64,000 nt of DNA from Phormidium sp. (GCA_051013385.1 CP143273.1:160001-224000), one strand, 5' to 3'. Counted from the first letter of the stretch, positions 9,928 to 20,604 are shown. Made by a program: numbers and translations. The notes: generated from the letters alone by a model not told the origin.

Positions 9928-11121
9928 ATGCGAACTATTGCTGAGATTAACGAGAAAATAAACAATCAAACGGTAGTGGTGTGGACAGTAGAGGAATTAA
10001 AAGTCCGAGTTGCAGAAGTTGGTGTCACCCAAGCAGCGAAAGAAGTGGATGTAATTACCACTGGCACCTTTGAACCAATGGAATCATCAGGAGCGATTAT
10101 CAACTTAGGTCATACCGATCCACCGATTAAAATTCGCTCCTGTTGGTTAGATGGAATTTTGGCTTATTCTGGTTTTGGAGCAGTAGATTTGTATTTAGGA
10201 GCGACTCAAAGCGTAGATTACGAACGTGGTGATGGTTCAGAAGAAGAATCAAAAGAACGGGGTGGTGGTCATGTAATTGAAGATTTAATTGCTGGAAAAG
10301 CTGTACATTTAAGAGCGATCGGACAAGTCACCGACTGCTATCCCCGTGCTTCCTTTGAAACCACAATTACCCGCGATACAATCAACCAATTTTATCTATA
10401 TAATCCGCGAAATATCTACCAAAATTTTATTGTCGGAGTTAACGGAGGCGATCGACCACTCTACACTTACTTAGGCCCACTACAACCCCGACTGGGTAAC
10501 GCCGTCTATTCCAACCCCGGAGCCATATCCCCCCTATTCAACGACCCCAACCTAGAAATTATTGGCATCGGCACCCGCATTTTCCTCGGTGGTGGCATTG
10601 GATACATAGCCTGGGAAGGCACACAAAACTTTACCCTCCAAAAACGTTTAGCCAATCAAACACCGATCGGCCCTGCTGCCACCCTCGCCTTAATCGGCGA
10701 TGCCAAACAAATGGAGCGACGTTGGGTGCGCGGTTGCTACTTTAAAAACTACGGCCCCTCCCTAATGCTCGGAGTCGGCGTACCCATCCCAGTCTTAAAC
10801 GAAGGAGTCATCAAAAAATGCGCCGTCCAAGACAAAGAACTAGTAGCACCAGTAGTCGATTTCTCCATTCCCCGGCGCGTGCGTCCCACCTTTGGTTTAG
10901 TCACCTACGCTCAACTAAAATCTGGTCGGATCACCATTGAAGGCAAACAAATAAGAACTGCTCCCCTCGCCAGCATTTATCTGTCCCGTCAAGTCGCGAT
11001 CGAACTCAAACAGTGGATCGGTGCCGGAAAATTTACCCTAACCGAAAGAGTTGCCCCTATTCCGAGCGATCGGGCATTTTTACCCCAAGACCGCTGGGGT
11101 GCAACGATCGCACTGGAATAG
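9928..11121 (+). CDS. Homocysteine biosynthesis protein (DUF39, aspartate-semialdehyde sulfurtransferase-like)
   Basis: MRTIAEINEKI...VDVITTGTFEPMESSG...GGGHVIEDL...NPRN. Confidence 0.85.
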   Translation: MRTIAEINEKINNQTVVVWTVEELKVRVAEVGVTQAAKEVDVITTGTFEPMESSGAIINLGHTDPPIKIRSCWLDGILAYSGFGAVDLYLGATQSVDYERGDGSEEESKERGGGHVIEDLIAGKAVHLRAIGQVTDCYPRASFETTITRDTINQFYLYNPRNIYQNFIVGVNGGDRPLYTYLGPLQPRLGNAVYSNPGAISPLFNDPNLEIIGIGTRIFLGGGIGYIAWEGTQNFTLQKRLANQTPIGPAATLALIGDAKQMERRWVRGCYFKNYGPSLMLGVGVPIPVLNEGVIKKCAVQDKELVAPVVDFSIPRRVRPTFGLVTYAQLKSGRITIEGKQIRTAPLASIYLSRQVAIELKQWIGAGKFTLTERVAPIPSDRAFLPQDRWGATIALE

Positions 11122-11184
11122 GAGCAGGGGAGCTCTTGAGCAGAGGAGCTCTTGAGCAGAGGAGTAAATTATTGAAAACTTATT

Positions 11185-11248
11185 CTACTTCCTACTTCCT
11201 ACTTCCTACTTCCTACACCCTGTTCCCTGTTCCCTGTTGCCTGCTCCC
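11185..11248. repeat. STRR heptamer tandem repeats (CTACTTC, CCCTGTT)
   Basis: Tandem heptamers between convergent genes. Confidence 0.85.
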
Positions 11249-11258
11249 TTCTACCTCA

Positions 11259-12605
11259 CTAGCTGCTCCCTTCGCTGCTAGGTTGGCGCTTAGGGCGAGG
11301 GATTGGCTTAGGAAGTGGTTTGTTGGCTCCGCCCGGAGGTGCTGAAGTCGCCTCTGGAGCACCTGGACGATGGGGAAAATCTTTCTTCCAAGGTTTTTTC
11401 CCGCCGGGACCACTACCACCGCCGATGCGTTTTCCGCCGGGACGCGGTTTTCCTGGTCTTCTCTGGCGTACAGAAGCAATATCTTGTGCTTGTCGAATTA
11501 CCAGAGAATCAGCCTCTCTGACCACCTGAAAGTCCCAGAAGTAACCTACGGCTTTCTTTTCCAAAAAACCATTGAGGGTTAATTTGAAGAATTTGGGTTT
11601 ATCACTTTCCTTCTTGGGTGCTTGCTTAATCTTGACGATGATTTTTTGTGGGTCAAGAGATTGGAAAACAACTTCACCACGAATGGAAAAATAACCATCT
11701 TCTGCTGGTTGAGCCGATTCTGGCACTGCTGGTGTTTCTGCTGGTGTTTCTGCTGGTGCTTCTGCTTCTGACTCAGTAGCTAGACGCTCTTTATCTAATT
11801 TTTCCGGTTCCCAAACACCAACAATTTGCACATGAAGGTCGCCTTGTTCTTGTCTGGTTCTGGGATAAACTACCCACAGGTGTTCGTTTGCCAAATCTAA
11901 GTGATTTTTGACCAAACTCATTACCCGACCCAGCAAGACAGCATCAATCTGTGTCCCATCTGCGGTAATAACGTTACCACGAGTAAATTGTTCTTCACTG
12001 GCAACATATTTTCCCCGTACTAAACCAATAGCTCGATATTGCAAGGGTTCACTCGGAGGTGGAATTGGTTGTAGCCGTGATAGATTATCTTGCTCAGTTG
12101 TAGTATTAGCTTCATCGGAATTTGTGTCTGAGTTGGCTGTTGGCGTAGCAGGAGCAGGATCTACAGTTGGAGTTTGTTCACCTTTTTTAGGTTCACTTTT
12201 GTGAACTGCAACAATTTTAGGAGTAGTTTCGCTCTTAGGAGTCGAAGGACTTCTAGGCGGGATAGGTTCAGCTGTAGTTTTAGGCGCACCTGTTGCTTTA
12301 GGTTCGCTCTTGAGAGTTGAGGGACTTTTGGGCGGGATAGCTTCACGAGTGGTTTTAGACTCACTTGTTGCTGTTGGTTCGCTTTTGGCTGTCGGAGCGC
12401 TTTTAGGCGGGTTTGGCCGACGCACCACTGGCTGCTCATTTGCTTGAGCGGGTTCGGGATTACTAGTGGACTGAGGAAACTGATTAGGATTGGGAGAGGG
12501 ACTCATAAAAACTCCTTGGAGCGGAGACACACTTTTTTCTGGCTTGGGATGGAAAATGTCTGGTTTTGATTCAGGAGGATTAGTTGCTCCCCCTGTACCA
12601 GTCAA
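11259..12605 (-). CDS. Conserved cyanobacterial hypothetical protein with Pro-rich disordered ends
   Basis: Core PIPPPSEPLQYRAIGLVRGKY...HLWVVYPRT; 448-aa ORF, start uncertain. Confidence 0.75.
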   Translation of the reverse strand: MTGTGGATNPPESKPDIFHPKPEKSVSPLQGVFMSPSPNPNQFPQSTSNPEPAQANEQPVVRRPNPPKSAPTAKSEPTATSESKTTREAIPPKSPSTLKSEPKATGAPKTTAEPIPPRSPSTPKSETTPKIVAVHKSEPKKGEQTPTVDPAPATPTANSDTNSDEANTTTEQDNLSRLQPIPPPSEPLQYRAIGLVRGKYVASEEQFTRGNVITADGTQIDAVLLGRVMSLVKNHLDLANEHLWVVYPRTRQEQGDLHVQIVGVWEPEKLDKERLATESEAEAPAETPAETPAVPESAQPAEDGYFSIRGEVVFQSLDPQKIIVKIKQAPKKESDKPKFFKLTLNGFLEKKAVGYFWDFQVVREADSLVIRQAQDIASVRQRRPGKPRPGGKRIGGGSGPGGKKPWKKDFPHRPGAPEATSAPPGGANKPLPKPIPRPKRQPSSEGSS

Positions 12606-12861
12606 CAGCCAAAACCTGTATTTACTACTCTATTCTTTTGCTGAACATTTCGTAATTCACAGGATGCTCACAATTCACTCTACTAAAGCAGTTGATTGCG
12701 ATCGACAAGTTTTTTCGCCTGTCTATTTTACTCAATGCAATATGTATCTTGTTTCATCCGTAAAGTTTCAGTAATTGTTTGCATAGTTAACGATTATCTT
12801 AATGATGGGCTTTGGGTGGCTTGTCTGCCTGTTTGGTTTTGGTTACATCAGCGACTCATAG

Positions 12862-13773
12862 TTGATAATATTAATCAGAGTTCAAAAAGGTTTTGTGTCT
12901 GAAAAGCTCCGTCGCTGGTTGATTTTTGGGTTTTTGCTCTTGGGAACTATCTCTTTCGTGATTCCCACTATTATGCCTTTTTTGGGTGGTCCACCCAATC
13001 AAGAATCCTCTTCTGCTCGAACGCCTGCATCTATTCAAACGCCAGCAGGGAAACAAGATGAATTACAAGCTCAGGCGAGGGGTTATCAGTTAGTCCTACA
13101 ACGAGAGCCTGATAATGAAACGGCTCTTAAGGGATTGCTGTTTACTCAGCTAGAGTTAGTACGTCTGGGAGTCGCTGATGTAAAAACCACGATCGAACCC
13201 TTGGAAAAGTTGGCAAAACTAAAGCCGGAAAATACAGAATACTCGGTTTTACTGGCTCAGGCTCGGCAACAAACTGGCGATCGCGAAGGTGCCGCTAAAG
13301 CCTATCGCTCTATTCTGGAATCTCAGCCAGGGGATGTCAAGGCTTTACAAGGTTTAGTCAGTTTGCTATTGGCTGAAGGTCGTCCCGAAGCTGCTATTGG
13401 TTTACTGCAAGATACTTTGGAAAGCGCTCCTAACCTGAACCAAATTAAGCCTAACACTGTCAATGTAATTTCTGTGCAACTGATGTTGGGACAGGTCTAC
13501 GCTGAACAGGAACGCTATGCTGATGCCATCAATGTTTACGATAATGCGATTAAAGCTAATAAGGAAGATTTTCGCCCGGTTTTAGCTAAGGCTTTGGTGT
13601 TACAAAAACAAGGCAAAAATGAGGATGCTAAATCTCTGTTTAATTCCGCAGCTAATTTAGCTCCTGCTCAATATAAAGACCAAATTGTTAAATTAGCATC
13701 GTCATCTCCCGCTGCTGCTTCTCCTGCACCAACTGCACCTACCACTCAGGAACAACCGGAAAGTAAGAATTAA
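12862..13773 (+). CDS. Membrane-anchored TPR protein
   Basis: N-terminal hydrophobic helix, TPR-like repeats; true start possibly GTG 12895. Confidence 0.85.
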   Translation: MIILIRVQKGFVSEKLRRWLIFGFLLLGTISFVIPTIMPFLGGPPNQESSSARTPASIQTPAGKQDELQAQARGYQLVLQREPDNETALKGLLFTQLELVRLGVADVKTTIEPLEKLAKLKPENTEYSVLLAQARQQTGDREGAAKAYRSILESQPGDVKALQGLVSLLLAEGRPEAAIGLLQDTLESAPNLNQIKPNTVNVISVQLMLGQVYAEQERYADAINVYDNAIKANKEDFRPVLAKALVLQKQGKNEDAKSLFNSAANLAPAQYKDQIVKLASSSPAAASPAPTAPTTQEQPESKN

Positions 13774-13780
13774 TTGGAGT

Positions 13781-13836
13781 TGGTAATTGGTAATTGGTAA
13801 TTGGTAATTGGTAATTGGTAATTGGTAATTGGTAAT
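13781..13836. repeat. STRR (TAATTGG)n, about 8 units
   Basis: tggtaattggtaattgg... Confidence 0.9.
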
Positions 13837-13859
13837 AGGGCATTGCCATCTCAAATGGA

Positions 13860-13905
13860 GCAATTCCCCTCCCGTTAAGCTGCGCTGTAACGGGAGGGGA
13901 ATTGC
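13860..13905. repeat. Perfect 18-bp-arm hairpin
   Basis: GCAATTCCCCTCCCGTTA-N10-TAACGGGAGGGGAATTGC. Confidence 0.8.
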
Positions 13906-14044
13906 GACCAACTCGCCTCATATCTCGCTGTGCGAATCATCTTTTCAGATTGCATAGTTGTACCCGTCATTTTGATGAAGGTGTTTTAGATATTTGGGAT
14001 GAACATCAAACTTTTTGTCCGGTAACCAGTTACCAATTAACTTT

Positions 14045-14662
14045 TTAAACACCTTCTAAATAAGATACTAATGCAAATAGGAGAAACAACATTCCTCCCA
14101 TAGCTGTTAATCTGCGTTCGGAAATTCTTTTGGCAATTAGTCTACCACAGGTTACTGCGATCGCAGCACAAATTCCATGCCCTAAAATCGCTCCCACGCT
14201 AACTCCAAAAGCATTGTATCCCGCTGCTAAACTGATGGTTGCAAACTGTGTGCGATCGCCCCACTCTGCCACAAATGTCATCACAAATGCTTTAATTACA
14301 ATTGCTAAATTACTCTCTTTATGCCGAATTTTTGCTTCGGCTTTGTTCACCACTTCTAACGCTTCTTCTGCTTCATCACAGCAAGGTTTAGCTGGCATAA
14401 TACTTGCTTCATAAAGTAACTTTAGCCCAAAGGCAACAAACAAGACTATTTCTGCATAATAAACATATATTTTCGGTAACAGTGATACCGCTTGTCCCAC
14501 TAACACTGATAAGATCGTCATCGCTGCTAAGGCGGCAGTAACACCAATAAATATCAGCTTCCGCGAATGACGCATGGCTAAAATAGCTGCAATAAAAAAG
14601 GTTTTGTCGCCTAATTCTGAGACTGTAATTAACAATAATCCAGCAGTAAAAGCTGTCAGCAT
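14045..14662 (-). CDS. TMEM165/GDT1 (UPF0016) Mn2+/Ca2+ transporter, Mnx-like
   Basis: Two signature motifs ELGDKT and EWGDRTQ. Confidence 0.93.
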   Translation of the reverse strand: MLTAFTAGLLLITVSELGDKTFFIAAILAMRHSRKLIFIGVTAALAAMTILSVLVGQAVSLLPKIYVYYAEIVLFVAFGLKLLYEASIMPAKPCCDEAEEALEVVNKAEAKIRHKESNLAIVIKAFVMTFVAEWGDRTQFATISLAAGYNAFGVSVGAILGHGICAAIAVTCGRLIAKRISERRLTAMGGMLFLLFALVSYLEGV

Positions 14663-14754
14663 TCTCTCAAACTCTCCTGGGTGTTTCTGCTTTCCCTGAG
14701 TGAGCTTGATGAGTGCAAATAGACTTCACCAAGCTCACATCAGTTGTGAACTTA

Positions 14755-14912
14755 GTGAAGGTCTCGCTTGCAAGATTAGTAGGCTCAAACTTTACTTGAG
14801 CTTGAAAAACTTGTCACCCGAACCAGGCTCATCGCCAGTATGTTGATTCAGACGGGCTAGCTAAATTGATTTACCTTTAATTCGGTTTAGCTAGCAGCTA
14901 CTCCCCTTCGGT
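14755..14912 (-). ncRNA. yybP-ykoY manganese riboswitch
   Basis: Minus strand GAAGGGGAGTAGC...CGTC...AACATAC...GCGAGACCTTC, in the leader of a UPF0016 gene. Confidence 0.88.
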
Positions 14913-15152
14913 TATCTTAGGTAATTATACATCTCCTTCATCGAGTAGACAAGTGATTTTTTTATCATTGTTTTTTCATTTTTCCTCAGCTTGGGCGATT
15001 CGTACTGCTTTAACTATCTTCAGGTTTCTGGAAACTAATTCAAAATTTATCTAGTCAATATTAAAATTTGATTATGAATATCTATGTGATTTTATGGCTA
15101 AAGTAAAATACGAGGTGCTGAATAACAAAACATATTTTAAAAATTAACAACC

Positions 15153-16184
15153 ATGACCCCACAAACAAACTTTAAAGCTTTTGCAGCCTTAAACCCAGGA
15201 GAAAAGCTGCAACCTTGGGAATATGAACCTCAGCCTTTAAAAGCCGATGAAATTGAAGTTCGCGTTACCCACAATGGTCTGTGTCACACAGATATTCACA
15301 TGATAGATAATGACTGGAAAATGAGTAAATTCCCGTTAGTTGCTGGACACGAAGTAGTCGGAGAAGTTACCGAAGTTGGCGAAGATGTGACACATTTACA
15401 AAAAGGCGATCGCGTAGGTTTTGGCTGGATTAGAAACTCCTGTCGCGTCTGCGATTACTGTTTGCAAGGAGAAGAAAATATCTGTCGTCAAGGAATCACA
15501 GGTTTAATTATCGGCAATCATGGAGGATTTGCCAATAAATTACGCGCACCTGCTGATTTTGCTTATAAAATTCCTGACAGTTTAGACTCTGCCAGTGCCG
15601 CCCCCTTGTTATGTGCCGGAATTACAGTTTATACCCCTTTACGCACCTATTTGAAACACCCAGGGATGAAAGTTGGAGTGTTAGGAATTGGCGGTTTAGG
15701 GCATTTAGCAGTGAAGTTTGCCCGGGCGATGGGTGCAGAAGTTACTGCCTTTTCCACTTCCGCAAATAAAGAAACAGAAGCAAAAGAATTAGGTGCCCAT
15801 CACTTTCAAAAATGGGATAATCTGGAAGAGATGAAAGCTTTAGAAGGAAGCTTCGATTTAGTACTCAGCACTATTCCCGCAAAAAGTGATTGGGATATGG
15901 CTTTTAACCTCTTGAGTTACAATGGCATTTTGTGTTTTGTCGGGTTGCCTGTTTCCGATCTTACAATTCCTTTAGTGCCTTTAGTTGCAGGTCAAAAAAA
16001 GGTAGTGGGTAGCCTTGTGGGCGGACGGAGATTTATGCGGGAGATGTTAGATTTCGCTGCTTTGAATCAGATTACCCCAATGGTGGAAACTATGCCTTTA
16101 GATCAGATTAACGAAGCGATCGCCAAAGTGTTAGCTAACAAAGCTCGTTATCGAATTGTTTTAGTTTCCGATCAAAACAGCTAA
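15153..16184 (+). CDS. Zn-dependent NAD(P)H alcohol dehydrogenase / aldehyde reductase (CAD/Ahr type)
   Basis: CHTD, GHEVVG, CRVCDYC...C, GIGGLG. Confidence 0.92.
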   Translation: MTPQTNFKAFAALNPGEKLQPWEYEPQPLKADEIEVRVTHNGLCHTDIHMIDNDWKMSKFPLVAGHEVVGEVTEVGEDVTHLQKGDRVGFGWIRNSCRVCDYCLQGEENICRQGITGLIIGNHGGFANKLRAPADFAYKIPDSLDSASAAPLLCAGITVYTPLRTYLKHPGMKVGVLGIGGLGHLAVKFARAMGAEVTAFSTSANKETEAKELGAHHFQKWDNLEEMKALEGSFDLVLSTIPAKSDWDMAFNLLSYNGILCFVGLPVSDLTIPLVPLVAGQKKVVGSLVGGRRFMREMLDFAALNQITPMVETMPLDQINEAIAKVLANKARYRIVLVSDQNS

Positions 16185-16205
16185 TCTGTCAAACTAAAAT
16201 TAACT

Positions 16206-16250
16206 GTAGGGGCAGGAAAAACAGATAACCTATTAACAAAACCTGCCCCC
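16206..16250. repeat. REP-like element (TGTAGGGGC...), relative at 37541-37606
   Basis: Shared GTAGGGGC, CAGATAACC and ACAAAACC(T/C)GCCCC blocks. Confidence 0.7.
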
Positions 16251-16333
16251 AATTTTTGTCATCTAACTACAATAGAAGGCGATCGCACCATCCAACTAAA
16301 AATCGCCCTGTTATTAAATGGGGATTTATCAAT

Positions 16334-16470
16334 TTAAGAGACACCGACCATAGTTAATTTATAACTAGTCGTACCACTATATTGATAGACTTGTACAAAA
16401 TATTCCCCAGCATCCAAATTAGCATTAATTGATTCAGATAAAGTACCTGCACTAGTTGAACGAGCAATTA
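16334..16470 (-). pseudogene. C-terminal fragment of a PPC (pre-peptidase C-terminal) domain protein
   Basis: VIARSTSAGTLSESINANLDAGEYFVQVYQYSGTTSYKLTMVGVS*, no start. Confidence 0.65.
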
Positions 16471-16735
16471 CGGATTAGGCGTTTGTATGCTCGCAGAGAT
16501 TTGGGAGTCCAAGCAATTTTTATCAAGTATCTAACTCCTTGAGAAAATCGTCTACAGAACCAAATTTAATTACGCCTTGAGAGGCTTCTTGACGAATTTC
16601 TTCAATTTCTTGAAGTAGTTGTTCTCGGCGTTTTTTCTGTAGTCGTTTGAGCAGGATTTCAACGACTAGGTTTTGTTCTTCAAGCGATAGGGATTCTACT
16701 GTATCGATCGCTTGTTGGAGTCGTGAAGTTTGCTC
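16470..16735 (-). pseudogene. Broken antitoxin-toxin pair
   Basis: Antitoxin body TSRLQQAIDTVESLSLEEQ...KELDT* then TTG-start toxin stub IKIAWTPKSLRAYKRLIR. Confidence 0.6.
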
Positions 16736-17182
16736 GGACTTCTTCGCCACAATTAGAACAATAAATAGAGGTGTATTGTGGCGCAACTGCTACGCAAGCA
16801 ATTCCATGAATCTTTGCGTAATAATCAACCCAGTTAGTGAATATTCCCCAACTAGCATCATTAATTGATTGAGCAAGACAATGGTTTTTTACTAAGTTCT
16901 TCACTGGCAAATCTTCATAGACAATCAAATCGTGAGATTTCACTAACGCACTGGCAAGTTTCACTAACCAGTCTTTACGCTGTCTACTTATTCGCAAATG
17001 TTGCTGGGCTAATCTCTGTCTCGCTTTTTCGCGATTCTTACCGCCTTTGACTTTTTTATCAAGTCGTTTTTGTAAGCGTTTAAGGCGTTTCTCTGACTTT
17101 CTTAAGTAACAAGGTTGCTTCGCTTTATTTTTTTGGTTGCGTTTTCATCCCCACCCACGAGGGGATGGGGCTTTCAACGCAA
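16735..17182 (-). mobile_element. tnpB: IS200/IS605 remnant: tnpB fragment plus end hairpin
   Basis: YLRKSEKRLKRLQ...RQRKD...IVYEDL...SINDASWG...TSIYCSNCG; hairpin CATCCCC-N8-GGGGATG at 17146-17167. Confidence 0.8.
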
Positions 17183-17467
17183 CATCTCAGTAAAATCTAA
17201 TTGGTAAAAAGCGATGCGGATGTCTGTAGCTTTCAATTCTTCAATAAATGCCCAAAGTAAAGCTTTGTGACCCCCACGAAACCGATCGCGTAGTGTTCTG
17301 GTTTTGCCAATATATAGGATTCCAAGAGTGCGATGCTTGACAGCGTAGATACCAGCACTCATCGGGAGTTCCCGAAATTCTTTGTCAAGAGCTATACAAT
17401 TTTCAAAGGGAATGGATGCAAGAGTATCCAGAATGACTTGGGCTTCTTGCTGGATGGATTGGGGCAT
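17174..17467 (-). pseudogene. GIY-YIG nuclease family protein, probably truncated by the IS end
   Basis: AGIYAV...LYIGKT..LRDRF; stop lies inside the IS hairpin region. Confidence 0.65.
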
Positions 17468-17497
17468 ATCAATCAGAGATTTGGCAGTTTTTCCATC

Positions 17498-18030
17498 CTA
17501 CAATGCGATCGCACTCTGTAATTTGACATTATCCTTAGAACCAAGAACCTTATCTTCTCGTTTGATCAACGGCTCTTTAGAACCAATTTGATCCACACTA
17601 TAAGCTCCGTAATTTTTATACTCAGGCTTAGAAAATTCAGGCGCTAAAACTTCATAATGCAAATGGGCAGGAAATTCGTTACGGGTACTTCCTCTTGCAC
17701 CTGTTTTACCAACTAACTGACCTTTTGTTACTGGCTTCCCTACAGCAATATTCCCGTCTATTTGATCCAACTGATCGCGCAGCATAAAAGCCAAGTCTTC
17801 GGCAACCAAACGCAGCATTTTTTGACCGTTAGGTGCGGCTTCAAGAAACTGCATTATGGCATGGTTAAAGATTAATACTTCAGAATCTTCGATCGCTTGG
17901 CAAGAAAAACAACTGGGTGTACGTTTCGGAAAACTTTCATAATCTCCTAGAGTTTGATGTTCCGGGTGAAAAAACAAAGTATGTTCCTTGCCATTTTTAA
18001 TAATCAGAGTTCGTAAGCAACCTTGCAGAC
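17498..18030 (-). pseudogene. Chimera of a Crp/Fnr cNMP-binding fragment and an M23 peptidase fragment
   Basis: LQGCLRT...QAIEDSEVL (Crp-like) joined near 17770 to VGKPVTKGQLVGKTG...AHLHYEV (M23). Confidence 0.65.
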
Positions 18031-18151
18031 ATTAACTTGGTAAAAGATTCAAGCTTCTTTTTTGAGATTAATCCATTGAGCCGATCGCAGACAATAGCCA
18101 CACAAGTTAAAGTGAGCAGTGTAGGTGTAGTTGCTCAGGAGTATACCTCCC

Positions 18152-19369
18152 ATGTCCGATCGTCCTTATCATGTCGTCCTCTACGGTGCAAGTGGTTTCG
18201 TGGGTAAGCAAACCGTGCAATACTTCGCCGATCATACCTCGAAGCAAACCTGTTGGGCGATCGCCGGACGCAACCGCCAAAAATTGGAAGCAGTTCGCTC
18301 TCAAGTCGGTGTCGCAGTAGATGTGTTAGTAGCTGACAGTCAGGATCAACAAGCCGTAGATAAAATAGTCTCTCAAACAAAGGTACTTCTGACCACAGCC
18401 GGACCCTTTGCTCTCTACGGTAACATCCTTGTCGATGCCTGTGTGCGCTACAAAACCCACTATGTAGATATTACCGGGGAAACTCCTTGGGTGAGAACGT
18501 TGATCGATCGCTATCATACCCAAGCAGCCGTCGATGGCACTCGGATCATTCCCTGCTGTGGCTTTGATTCTGTCCCCTCAGATCTCGGCACCTATCTAGT
18601 TGTGCGTTACCTACAACAAGAATTAGGAATACCCTGCAAATCTGTCAAAGCGTATTTTCAAGCTTTTGGCGGCTTCAATGGAGGTACACTAGCATCGGCT
18701 TTCAACTTATATGATTCAAATCAAACAGAACAGTTAAAAGATCCCTTTTTGCTCAACCCACCAGGGAATCATACTCAAGCTCAGATCGAGCAAAATCGTG
18801 ACCCAGAAACTCCCACTTTTGACTCGGAACTCAACACTTGGGTTGCTCCCTTTTTTATGGGAATGGTCAACACTCGCATTGTGCGCCGCAGTAGTGCTTT
18901 ATACGAGCAGTGGCAGGAGCCATACAGTTCAGATTTTACATATCAAGAGTATCTCAAATTCGATGAACCTCTGGCTAGGTTAAAAGCAACGAGTGTTAAC
19001 GCTGGACTGGCATTGTTTACGGGTGCATTGCAGCAACCAGTTGTGCGATCGCTCCTGCAACCCCTACTACCCCAACCTGGTACTGGCCCTTCTGAACAAA
19101 CAATGGATGAAGGTTGGTTTTCTTGCGAACTGGTGGGTACTGGTATTGACGGACGCAAAGTGCGCTCCTTGATTCGAGATCAAGGAGATCCAGGCAACCG
19201 AGCTACCGTCAAATTCTTGTGTGAATCTGCCTTGAGTTTGGCAGTGCAACCCGACGAACTACCAGGAGGTCAGGAGCGGGGAGGAGTTTTAACTCCAGCA
19301 ACCGGGTTAGGTGATGTTTTGGCTCAAAGGTTACGTCAAGCTGGGATGATTGTCGAGGTGGGAATATAG
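18152..19369 (+). CDS. Saccharopine dehydrogenase-like oxidoreductase
   Basis: YGASGFVG, AGRN, YVDITGE, CGFDSVPSD, GGVLTPA. Confidence 0.9.
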   Translation: MSDRPYHVVLYGASGFVGKQTVQYFADHTSKQTCWAIAGRNRQKLEAVRSQVGVAVDVLVADSQDQQAVDKIVSQTKVLLTTAGPFALYGNILVDACVRYKTHYVDITGETPWVRTLIDRYHTQAAVDGTRIIPCCGFDSVPSDLGTYLVVRYLQQELGIPCKSVKAYFQAFGGFNGGTLASAFNLYDSNQTEQLKDPFLLNPPGNHTQAQIEQNRDPETPTFDSELNTWVAPFFMGMVNTRIVRRSSALYEQWQEPYSSDFTYQEYLKFDEPLARLKATSVNAGLALFTGALQQPVVRSLLQPLLPQPGTGPSEQTMDEGWFSCELVGTGIDGRKVRSLIRDQGDPGNRATVKFLCESALSLAVQPDELPGGQERGGVLTPATGLGDVLAQRLRQAGMIVEVGI

Positions 19370-19397
19370 ATTTAGAGGTTGGTAACGAACAGATTTT

Positions 19398-20520
19398 TTA
19401 ATCTTTAGGACTCAATTTTCTTAGTAGCATAAGTATACCCAACACTAGCGATCCAAATGCTAAACCAAAAATGATACTCCAGAGAATCGACCAGACAAAA
19501 GGATGAACTGGGAGAGAAAGATTGGGTAGCCATTTAATTGCAATATCTTTACTCAGAGGATAGCTAGAAGCAAAGATTCCCCCAGCACCTATTGCAGTAC
19601 CAAAGAAAAAGATGATGTTTTGGAGATAGCGATCGCGTTTTTTTTCTCTCTGTTCTTGGTTTTTTGTTTGTTCTAAGGCTAGGCGATCGCGTTCTCGTTC
19701 AGCGGCTTCCTGTGTGGCTAGGGTTTCTTGTAATTGGCGATCGCGTCTATTCTCGTCCTCTTGCCATTTTCTATCAATTTCCACCTGTTCAATTTCTACC
19801 ATGCCTCGAATTGTAGCAATCATTTGTTGGAATAAATCTTGGCTGGGAAATAGGTAGCCTAAGTCTGCTTGAATTTGTTGCTGATATTTATTTTCGGCTA
19901 AATCCAGAAAGTCTTGCCAAAATTCCAGGCGATCTCCTTCTCAGCTGAAATTTTTAATTTCCTCTAAAGCTTTCTTGTAGTTTTCAGTATTAATTGCGAG
20001 CGTATTGTGATATTCTCGCAAGTTTCGCAGACAGCGCGAGTAATCAAAAACTTCTTTTCTGATTCGTGCTAATAATTCCTTTAATTTGTTTAATCTATTC
20101 TCAGGATTTGGTTCGCTTTCAATTTGAGCAAATGCGGGAATTTCTTTTTCGATATCAGTGGCAATACCTTGTCCTTCGCGATACCATTCCTTAGATTTTT
20201 GATAGGCAAATACTATTTTTGCACGACCACATAGTAAATTGAGTAAATAATAATTAAAGTTGGTGTTTGCCAGCTTTAATGTATCAGGATGGCGCTTTAA
20301 CCATATTAAAATGTGACAGCGTTGGGTAGGATTTGAGTTGCGATTATCGTATTCAAAAATTGGGCTGCCAAATAACTGTCCTTCGGCAATAAATTTGGGT
20401 GCGGGTTGGAATTTATCCGGTAAAAAAGCTTTTAGGCAATTATCAGCGAGGCTACGATAATCATTGTAGACTACTGGCTCGGCATAGATTAATATTGTTT
20501 GACCGAGAGATGCTTGTAAA
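19398..20520 (-). pseudogene. Paralogue of the 45776-47170 2-TM protein; 5'-truncated, in-frame TGA at 19941-19943
   Basis: SLGQTILI...GQLFGSPIFEY...QIQADLGY...IATIRGMVEIEQ in one frame. Confidence 0.8.
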
Positions 20521-20604
20521 GGAGTAAACCCAAGATACCTGCGGCAGTTTCGGAGTTTTTGGGAATAATAAAATCTACACTATGACTATGCAATAAATTA
20601 GTGA

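Noticed and set aside
13702..13921. ORFs with PITNYQL repeats
   Set aside because: Translation of the STRR heptamer tract
16735..17122. Active TnpB/Cas12-like nuclease
   Set aside because: Only an internal fragment, both ends missing
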